From positions 24,497 through 88,496 of the forward strand of contig CAYOPL010000009.1 of the NCBI GenBank assembly GCA_964405845.1: a stretch of DNA of 64,000 bases, in the 5' to 3' direction. Positions 1 to 6,069 of this stretch are shown here, piece after piece. The stretch comes from an uncultured Dehalococcoidia bacterium (GTDB lineage Bacteria; Chloroflexota; Dehalococcoidia; UBA6926). A program made the position numbers and the translations under genes. The notes beneath the pieces were generated by a model, which had not been told where the DNA came from, ran no database searches, and was given only the letters and a program-made list of their open reading frames with translations. Each line of letters starts with the position of its first letter. The first letter of the stretch is position 1.

Positions 1-655
1 CTGCAATATGGCCAACGTCCCTGCGCGTCAACGGACCCTCTCGCTGCAATAGGCGAGAGAGTATTCCTTGGATCAGATCTCCATCTACGTCCAAGACACA
101 ATGAAGGTAAAAGAACCTCTCTCCAGGAGTTACGAGATAAATGTTCGAGTCGGCGTTGAATTTCCTAATGTCCTCATCGGAAGTCCGTCTCAACCCGCGC
201 AATACCTTGCCCCGGTCCGTAAGGGTGTAGTTTTCGCGCCTCAACAGCTGTAGCCGTACACCCCAAGTTGGCATCTCGACATATACGGCATGCCTGTATC
301 CGGCAGTAGCCGCGTCTCCTGTGATTGCCCCTGACTGGGAAGGCAACAGAGGGTCCGAAAGGTACAAGTCCTGCAGTTCCACTGGCGCGAGCGGATCTTT
401 CCTTCCCCGATATCGATTACCACGGTAAACGCGGGCGTATTCCTGTACGCGGCCCTGAAAGCCGACTGGGATGCGGTGGAGCGCTGTGACTGCACTCTGA
501 AAGCGGTTAGACAGCCCCTCAAGATTTGTCCTGTTACCGGGGTGGGCCAGGGAACACACTACGCGCAGATGACCCAGCCTTTGCCATGAACGTCTCGCAT
601 AATCTATCCACCTCAATGTAGGGCGGCGTCGTGGAAATGGAGTACCCTCAGCCAT
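1..655 (-). CDS. hypothetical protein, 3'-truncated by window edge (N-terminal ~218 aa), in lower-GC DNA
   Basis: Own translation of the minus strand from the ATG at 655-653 runs stop-free to position 1: MAEGTPFPRRRPTLRWIDYARRSWQRL...FYLHCVLDVDGDLIQGILSRLLQREGPLTRRDVGHIA. It is absent from the ORF track because it has no stop inside the window. GC is ~50% against ~67% elsewhere. It has an hhLDVDGD (DxD) motif like nucleotidyltransferase or primase-polymerase motif I; the family is not recognised. Confidence 0.35.
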   Translation of the reverse strand, partial: MAEGTPFPRRRPTLRWIDYARRSWQRLGHLRVVCSLAHPGNRTNLEGLSNRFQSAVTALHRIPVGFQGRVQEYARVYRGNRYRGRKDPLAPVELQDLYLSDPLLPSQSGAITGDAATAGYRHAVYVEMPTWGVRLQLLRRENYTLTDRGKVLRGLRRTSDEDIRKFNADSNIYLVTPGERFFYLHCVLDVDGDLIQGILSRLLQREGPLTRRDVGHIA

Positions 656-1078
656 GCTAGTGCCGATTGAGTTTCTGCTCATGGGCATTATCTGACCTTC
701 CCAGACCCAAGGGGATGGCTCGTGGGTTTAGTTCAACCAATTGGCGCATCTCAGAGGCAATGCCGCAAGCTTGTGGCACATTGATGCAAACTTCAACTCT
801 CTTGTCTTGGGAGGTGAGTTGCTTGGCTCGGGAGGGTCCTTTACCGGGTGTCATAATTTGCTCCGTCGTTGGCTTGAGAGCCCGACAACTCATCTTACTC
901 CTCGGCGTGGAGAAGTGAGAAGCATCGACCGTCTGAATCACGTGTCTTGCATTCTAGTGCGCCACCAGATCTGGCCAAAGAGGAAAAGGTTGCTACACAT
1001 TGCCGGGCAACTGGGAGGACGCAGCGCTGGCGCTGCGTCCTCCCAGCTTTAGGATTGGACTGCCCAAGGCTCTCTCTG

Positions 1079-1430
1079 CTAGGAGTAAGCAGGAACTTCT
1101 ACCTCTTCTTCCTCCACCCGCTGCTGCTCAATTGACACAGCCCATTCGAAGAGGGAGAGGGAGGGTTTGCCGCCGTTATAGTGGCCCTTGGTTTTGGTCG
1201 TCGGCTCAGCCATGAACTCCGCCCAGGAGAAGGGCGACCGTTGCGGCTCGTCGGTGTCGGACTCCTTGTTGACGGCGCTTGGAGCGGCTGCTTGTACTCC
1301 TCTACCAGTTGCATCTCCACGATGGTAGGTGTACACAGCTGCGGAACCTGTCGGCTATCGTCGACAAGGTAGGATGCTAGGATGCGGACTCGGTTTCGAC
1401 TGCGCGGGCTTTGGCCATAAGCGCCATTTC
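1079..1430 (-). pseudogene. frameshifted remnant of a helicase 3' end (left copy of a ~300-bp direct repeat; right copy is 6095-6390)
   Basis: ORF 1079..1336 ends ...ESDTDEPQRSPFSWAEFMAEP...PSLSLFEWAV, matching the helicase C-terminus ...ESDADEPQRSLFSWAEFMVEP...PSLSMFEWAL. The upstream part of the match continues in another frame (ORF 1099..1743: SYLVDDSRQVPQLCTPTIVEMQL vs helicase SYLVDDGWKASKPITPSIVEIHP). DNA 1212-1260 is ~92% identical to 6177-6228. Antisense ORFs 1181..1372 and 6146..6337 also match each other. Confidence 0.5.
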
Positions 1431-1544
1431 GGGCATCTTCGCTTCGGACATTCGTTACCCCTCCGAACTCGAACCAACTGACTTGCCTTCTAACGTGCGA
1501 TGTCACTTTCGACCAAAAAGAGAATAAGTCCGCATACATGGCCC

Positions 1545-1592
1545 CGCAGGGGAGGGACACCAGAGCTGGTGTCCCTCCCTCGTCGTGATGTG
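1545..1592 (-). terminator. stem-loop (12-bp perfect stem GGGAGGGACACC/GGTGTCCCTCCC, loop AGAGCT) just downstream of the last operon gene; candidate operon terminator
   Basis: Plus strand reads gcaggggagggacaccagagctggtgtccctccctcgtc. It lies 20-60 nt after the stop of the 1608..2105 gene on the minus strand, with a T-run (CTCTTTTTGG) about 20 nt further downstream on the minus strand. It also coincides with the inner edge of the duplicated helicase-end repeat. Confidence 0.4.
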
Positions 1593-1607
1593 TGCTGTCG
1601 CGGAGCC

Positions 1608-2105
1608 CTAGAAGAGGTTCAGCGCCTGCTGCTGAGCCTCTTCGGTTTCCGTCTCGGTGGTCGCCTCCTGCTGACGTCTGCGCTGCCGCCGGACCGGGGG
1701 AGCTGGCCTCTCGTAAGCAGGATGTTGGGGGGACTCCTCCCAATTGGCCTTCGCCCTCTCGGTCACCGCCGCGACCTCCTGCGCCAGCGCAGGCAGGTCA
1801 TGGCCGTCGAAGGACTCGACGTGCGGGTCCGACGACGGCTGTTTTACCCCGATGACGGCCCTGCCTCCCTTAATGGAGAGGACGACCTTCAGCTCCTCTG
1901 CGGCGTCCGCCTCTGCCTCGGCGTCTGGCTTGTCCTCAGTGTCGGCAGCGCCCTGTTCGTCCTGTTCAGAGTTCCCGCCGGCGTCCTGCTCCTCGGCGGG
2001 GACAGCATCCGTGTCGTCCGTCTTGTCAGCCGCGTCGCCGAAAAGAGTGTCGTCCGCCCTCGGCGCGTCCGAGCGGACCGTTTCCGTTCCGTTGTCGTCT
2101 GGCAT
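1608..2105 (-). CDS. acidic hypothetical protein (165 aa), last gene of the Ubl/E2/JAB/E1 cassette
   Basis: ORF MPDDNGTETVRSDAPR...KVVLSIKGGRAVIGVKQPSSDPHVESFDGHDL... is very Asp/Glu-rich. It sits in the same orientation and is tightly packed with the upstream genes. Confidence 0.5.
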   Translation of the reverse strand: MPDDNGTETVRSDAPRADDTLFGDAADKTDDTDAVPAEEQDAGGNSEQDEQGAADTEDKPDAEAEADAAEELKVVLSIKGGRAVIGVKQPSSDPHVESFDGHDLPALAQEVAAVTERAKANWEESPQHPAYERPAPPVRRQRRRQQEATTETETEEAQQQALNLF

Positions 2106-2156
2106 TGTCCTCTCCTTTCCTCTATATGCTCCAGCGGTGCTACCGTGAACCGGTGG

Positions 2157-2546
2157 CTATGCCGCCAATCCCGACGACTCCCTCTTGATCTCGCCGATTG
2201 TCCTCGGCTCCCAGTAGAGGTCGCGTTCGATGGCGGGTACGCCGCCGAGCACCGTTGCCGCCGCCAACTCGGTCAGGTCGAAGTACCCCCACTCCTCCTC
2301 GAATCCCTGGACGAGGCCGAAGCACTCGCCGGTCTGGGCGTTCCATTCGGTGACGTACCAGCGCCAGCCGTTGTACGGGCAGAACAGCTTGGCGCGCGCC
2401 ATCACGTCGTCGGTGTTCTCAACGTTCTCGTTCGTGTAAAGGGCGGGGATCGTGTCCCCGAGCTCCGTCGGCATCAGCTTGTGCCTTCGCGCCCCGCTGT
2501 TCGGGTCCTGCCAGGTCGTGGTGGTTCCGTTATTCTTGTCGGTCAT
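2157..2546 (-). CDS. DUF2958-family protein (129 aa)
   Basis: Internal ATG at 2546 is preceded by GGGAGAG. Sequence LFCPYNGWRWYVTEWNAQTGECFGLVQGFEEEWGYFDLTELAAATVLGGVPAIERDLYWEPRTIGEI fits my recollection of the DUF2958 signature (FGL..G..ELGY..L.EL....G.P.ERDL.FEP.T), a family typical of conjugative elements. The longer ORF-track N-terminus (2999) is Pro/Gly/Arg-rich junk overlapping the ThiF gene. Confidence 0.6.
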   Translation of the reverse strand: MTDKNNGTTTTWQDPNSGARRHKLMPTELGDTIPALYTNENVENTDDVMARAKLFCPYNGWRWYVTEWNAQTGECFGLVQGFEEEWGYFDLTELAAATVLGGVPAIERDLYWEPRTIGEIKRESSGLAA

Positions 2547-2590
2547 CGGTCTCTCCCATTCCTTGATGCCTGTGCGTCCGGGTGCGCCGG

Positions 2591-3391
2591 TTAGTCGACG
2601 TAGGGCCCCACCGTCCTCTCCACCGCCTCCGGCGTGACGTGCCTGGGCGTGACCGTCCCCAGGTCCATGTCCAGGTAGAGGGCCATGAAGGGGCACGTGC
2701 CCGCCACCATACGGCGGACGACCTGGAGCACCAGCGACGCCATCATCTGGTTGATGGTGGGGTCCTGGTCGGTGAGGTCGAGGGCCGCGGCGCAGTCCAC
2801 GTCCGGCGGCCTGGTCGAGACGGCCGTCAGCAGGTCGGGACGCTGGATGGTGGGCGCCGGTGCCAGGTAACAGGTCTCGCCCTCGAAAGGGGGTTCCTCC
2901 CAGTCCACGCGACCGGAGACGTTGCCGACGAGCACCTGTCCCCAGTTGGTGTCGTTGCCCGCGTCGATGAGCCAGCGGGCCGGGTGGCCGGGCAGGCACT
3001 CGGCCATCGCCCGCCGTGCGGCGGCGTTGTCGGAGCAGCCGATGACAAGGCTCTCGCCGATGTCGATGAGGCCGGAATAGGCGTGTCCGTCGGGGCTTTC
3101 GTCGTACTCCCGGAAGGGGTAGACCGAGTAGCCCACGGGCCGGTCGTATGCGCGGGCGAGCCTGTCGGCCAGGGCTTCGCTCTTGAACCTGCCCACGTCG
3201 CCTGCGTAGAAGTTCTGGCGGAGCAGGTTGTGGGGCTCCACCCGGTCGTGGTCGACGAGGACGATGGTGGCCGCCCGCCCCTGGAAGAGGCGGCAGAGGC
3301 CCTCGGCGACGAAGCCACCGGTCCCGCCGCAGCCGACCACGGTGATCCAGGGGTTGTCCAGCAGGAAGGCGTTGTCCAGGTAGTAGGCCAA
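2591..3391 (-). CDS. ThiF/MoeB/E1-like adenylyltransferase (ubiquitin-activating-like), ~266 aa
   Basis: Rossmann motif VVGCGGTGGFVAEGL and ThiF-like core (LVDHDRVEPHNLLRQ). The ORF-track start at 3466 overlaps the JAB gene by 74 nt. A TTG at 3391 directly follows the JAB stop and has a perfect AAGGAGG 8 nt upstream, so translational coupling is likely (MAYYLDNAFLLDNPWITVVGCGG...). Confidence 0.8.
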   Translation of the reverse strand: MAYYLDNAFLLDNPWITVVGCGGTGGFVAEGLCRLFQGRAATIVLVDHDRVEPHNLLRQNFYAGDVGRFKSEALADRLARAYDRPVGYSVYPFREYDESPDGHAYSGLIDIGESLVIGCSDNAAARRAMAECLPGHPARWLIDAGNDTNWGQVLVGNVSGRVDWEEPPFEGETCYLAPAPTIQRPDLLTAVSTRPPDVDCAAALDLTDQDPTINQMMASLVLQVVRRMVAGTCPFMALYLDMDLGTVTPRHVTPEAVERTVGPYVD

Positions 3392-3392
3392 T

Positions 3393-4031
3393 TCAGTCAC
3401 CTCCTTCGAATGACTTGTTCGTGCCCGACTCCTCGCCAGCCAGCCTGAAGCCGGTCGGGAGGCCATCGAAGACGTGCGGCCAATCGAGTGGGGCGAAGTG
3501 GCCGTAGACGCCGACCCGTAAGCTCACCTCGGGCCGGTCGCTATCGAGGCGTCCGGCGACGCCGTACACGCGGAACCCCTGCTCGTCCCGATCGTCGGTG
3601 GCCGAGAAGAAGGAGCGCGAGCGTCCGTGTGAGTGGAACTCCGCGACCACCCCGGCGGGCGGCGCGTACGCGAGGGATGTTGCGGTCCCCAGCTGCGGGG
3701 GCACGACTAACCGATAGGCGCGCCCGTCCCATCGCACGGCGAAGAACTGTTCCGTGTCCGGGTCGTCCATGAACCAGCGCAGTCCCGTCTCGAACAGCCG
3801 AACCGGGATCGCCCCATGGGCAAGATCCACCTTCTCGGTGACGGATGCCAAGCCACGAACCGTGCAGGGGGCGGCGAGCACCCGCGCCGTCAGGTGAGCG
3901 TTCTCGGACTGGACGTAGAGGCCGTCCGCTCCGAGAACGTAGTCGAATCCGATGCCCTGGACACCTGCCAGCCCGTCCTTGCAATTGACGAGGTAGCCGA
4001 CCGGTCCGGGCCCGGCCTCAGCGGAAGGCAT
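3393..4031 (-). CDS. JAB/MPN (JAMM) metallopeptidase-like protein, 212 aa
   Basis: Canonical JAMM motif E-x(n)-HSH-x7-S-x2-D within VVAEFHSHGRSRSFFSATDDRDEQGFRVYGV. Start taken at ATG 4031 (MPSAEAGPGPVGYLV...), overlapping the upstream E2-like gene stop by 14 nt. The 408-aa ORF-track extension upstream is out-of-frame junk. Confidence 0.8.
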   Translation of the reverse strand: MPSAEAGPGPVGYLVNCKDGLAGVQGIGFDYVLGADGLYVQSENAHLTARVLAAPCTVRGLASVTEKVDLAHGAIPVRLFETGLRWFMDDPDTEQFFAVRWDGRAYRLVVPPQLGTATSLAYAPPAGVVAEFHSHGRSRSFFSATDDRDEQGFRVYGVAGRLDSDRPEVSLRVGVYGHFAPLDWPHVFDGLPTGFRLAGEESGTNKSFEGGD

Positions 4032-4728
4032 AGCCCCGTCTCCCCTGAGAGGCCGCGATGGCCTGGGCCACCGTGCACTGGGCAACCAGATCATCGAGTG
4101 GGTACTCGGTCTGTCCATCCAATTCCTCCCATAGCGCGTGCAGGTTGTCGGGGAACTTCTTCGAGCGGCTGCGGGAGTCCCCGGTGCCGGAGAAGTAGGA
4201 CTGGAAGAAGGACTCCGGTATGAGTCCGACCTCCTCCGGGAACTTGTGGCTACCGGGGCAGGCCCTCCCGTCCGAGAAGACGTTGAAGGCGGGCATCCGG
4301 TAGAGACGGTCATCAGGGTGCGTCGGACGCTCCAGTGCCGCGTAGACCCACGGCGCGCGGCCAGGCGAGCAGACGAAGACCAGCCCCGGCATGGGAAGCC
4401 GGAGGCGTGCGGGGGGCTTGAACGCCTCCCGTTGCAGGGCCACGGGCCAGACCCGTGGCGGTCTCCAGAGGGCGACCATCTGACCGGTTTCGCCCTGGTT
4501 CCACCAGAGGGCGTCCTTGGGCAAGAGGCCCGAGGAGAAGCCCAGGTGTTGGATGAAGACGTTCGCGATCTCGTCCGCCGAGACGGTCCTGACCCAGGTC
4601 GAGTCGCCCTCGAAACCACGCAGCAGGAGCGTCTCGCCGTACACCTCCAGTTGGAGGCTCAGTCTGTCCCTGGGTATGTCCGTCGATCCCGGCAGGGACC
4701 ATTCGGTCTTTTCCGCGTCAGTCGTCAT
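4018..4728 (-). CDS. E2-like (UBC-fold candidate) protein, 236 aa
   Basis: Start at ATG 4728 with AGGAGGAAAG 7 nt upstream. The segment YRMPAFNVFSDGRACPG resembles the E2 HPN(I/V)...DG.IC active-site region (P.FN....DGRAC) and offers a candidate catalytic Cys. Position between Ubl and JAB/E1 matches known bacterial Ubl-E2-JAB-E1 operons. The assignment is by motif and context only. Confidence 0.45.
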   Translation of the reverse strand: MTTDAEKTEWSLPGSTDIPRDRLSLQLEVYGETLLLRGFEGDSTWVRTVSADEIANVFIQHLGFSSGLLPKDALWWNQGETGQMVALWRPPRVWPVALQREAFKPPARLRLPMPGLVFVCSPGRAPWVYAALERPTHPDDRLYRMPAFNVFSDGRACPGSHKFPEEVGLIPESFFQSYFSGTGDSRSRSKKFPDNLHALWEELDGQTEYPLDDLVAQCTVAQAIAASQGRRGYAFR

Positions 4729-5563
4729 GGTTGCTTTCCTCCTGTTCATGTGGTTGTTCCGGGATGCGGGGCAGCACAAAGTCCAGCATCTCGGCGAATC
4801 GGCCGGGGAGGTTGTGCTCCAACCAGTCGGCCAGTGAGCACACAGAGTCCATCAGCGCGCTGGCCTCCCGCCACTCCTCCGTGCCGACGGCGATGACCTC
4901 GTCCTCCCATGCGTCGGCGAAGCCGTCAAAAGAGCCATCCTCGTAGTTGTGGTCGAGGAAGAAGTTACGGGTCCCGGCAAAGACCCATGAAACGGCCTGC
5001 GCCGCCCCCGCGAAACGGGTATCCTTCACGGCCTCGGCGAGGGCTTCCATGTGTATGCCGCCCTCGGGAATCCGCTCCAAGGTCGCTTGCGGGATACGCT
5101 GGGCCGCCGATTCCAGCCAGGCCGTCCGTATCTCGTCGGAATCCCCGTAGAAGAACTCCGGAGGTTCCACCAGCAACAGCAGGGCCGAGATGCCCTCCCG
5201 GTAGCCATTCCACAGCTCGTGGATGTCCTCGTAACCGAAGCCCATCAGGTCGAAGGGGATGCCCCTCCGCATCCAACTCCAGGGTGGCTCATCGTCGGCG
5301 TCGGCCCAGAATTCGATCGCCGGCATGTACAGAGGGAAGTGCTTTTCGCCGACGAGCCGGGCGAAATTCTCCACCCTGGCGCGCGCGTCGGGTGCCGACA
5401 ACGCCTCCTCCGCCTCATCGGGGAAGAGGCGGCGCACCAGCCCTGTGAACCATGCGTAGTCCTCGGCATATCCGATGATCGTGACGAGCTCCCGCAGCGA
5501 CGGCGGACGCCGCAGGAGCGATTGGGCGAGTCCGCTCAGGAGCGCCGGGGCCGCAGATGCCAC
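4718..5563 (-). CDS. hypothetical acidic protein, 281 aa, inside the Ubl cassette
   Basis: GTG at 5563 is preceded by AAGGAGG 7 nt upstream (MASAAPALLSGLAQSLLRRPPSLRELVTIIGYAEDYAWF...EQEESNHDD). The 358-aa ORF-track N-terminus is junk overlapping the upstream 76-aa gene. No family recognised. Confidence 0.5.
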   Translation of the reverse strand: MASAAPALLSGLAQSLLRRPPSLRELVTIIGYAEDYAWFTGLVRRLFPDEAEEALSAPDARARVENFARLVGEKHFPLYMPAIEFWADADDEPPWSWMRRGIPFDLMGFGYEDIHELWNGYREGISALLLLVEPPEFFYGDSDEIRTAWLESAAQRIPQATLERIPEGGIHMEALAEAVKDTRFAGAAQAVSWVFAGTRNFFLDHNYEDGSFDGFADAWEDEVIAVGTEEWREASALMDSVCSLADWLEHNLPGRFAEMLDFVLPRIPEQPHEQEESNHDD

Positions 5564-5766
5564 CGCAGCGCCTCCTTGAGCCGCCCCGTGGTCGAGGCGT
5601 AGTCCTGGGCCTGCGCAGAGGCCGTGTCGACATCCTTCTGTCGTGCGGCCGCGGCGTCCAGGTCGAGGGATCCGTCGGGTCGTGTGAGCTCCGCCGTGAG
5701 CTCGATGATGCGCAGTGCCGTTGGCGGGGTCTCCGCCAGCAGTCCGGCAAAGGTGCGGGTGTCCAT
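5536..5766 (-). CDS. small hypothetical protein, 76 aa
   Basis: ORF MDTRTFAGLLAETPPTALRIIELTAELTRPDGSLDLDAAAARQKDVDTASAQAQDYASTTGRLKEALRWHLRPRRS has plausible composition. It lies between the Ubl and the 281-aa gene, and its 3' end overlaps the next start by 28 nt. Confidence 0.4.
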   Translation of the reverse strand: MDTRTFAGLLAETPPTALRIIELTAELTRPDGSLDLDAAAARQKDVDTASAQAQDYASTTGRLKEALRWHLRPRRS

Positions 5767-5778
5767 CGGATGCCCTCC

Positions 5779-5976
5779 TTATGGGGTGGAGCACCCCTTG
5801 GTGCCCACCCGCCGCTGGAACTCGTAGATGGTGTCGTCGCCCCGTTTCGTCTCCTTCACCGAGGCGTTTGCGATCTCTCCGTAGAAATCGGCGAGCGTTC
5901 CCTTCACCTGGTCGACGGTCATCTCGGGGTCGGGGTCCGGGAACTCTCTGTCGTCGTACACAAACACGCGTGCCAT
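5779..5976 (-). CDS. small ubiquitin-like (beta-grasp, ThiS/MoaD/PRTRC-protein-C-like) protein, 65 aa, with C-terminal ...VGTKG followed by a 4-residue extension (CSTP)
   Basis: ATG at 5976 with GGAAGGAGAAG RBS: MARVFVYDDREFPDPDPEMTVDQVKGTLADFYGEIANASVKETKRGDDTIYEFQRRVGTKGCSTP. Size, charge pattern and the ...GTKG tail fit the small Ubls found next to ThiF/JAB genes on plasmids. Confidence 0.6.
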   Translation of the reverse strand: MARVFVYDDREFPDPDPEMTVDQVKGTLADFYGEIANASVKETKRGDDTIYEFQRRVGTKGCSTP

Positions 5977-6069
5977 GGTCTTCTCCTTCCGGCGTTGCCG
6001 ATACGTGATTCGTCGTGCGGGAGAGGCCGCCGCCACATGCGCGACGGCCTCTCCCGTGATCCTAGCGGC

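Noticed and set aside
3393-4619. 408-aa ORF-track version of the JAB gene, and similarly extended N-termini for 2157..2999, 4718..5794, 9509..10297, 11727..13220, 18594..19418
   Set aside because: The extensions are compositionally junk (RPGSGPSRRTRSRTSSS...) and overlap the upstream gene. Internal start codons with strong AGGAGG-type RBSs directly after the upstream stop give compact, coupled genes.
5536-5794. frameshift joining the 76-aa ORF to the 281-aa ORF into one protein
   Set aside because: A GTG at 5563 with a perfect AAGGAGG 7 nt upstream gives a clean independent start for the 281-aa protein with a 28-nt overlap. No need to invoke a sequencing error.
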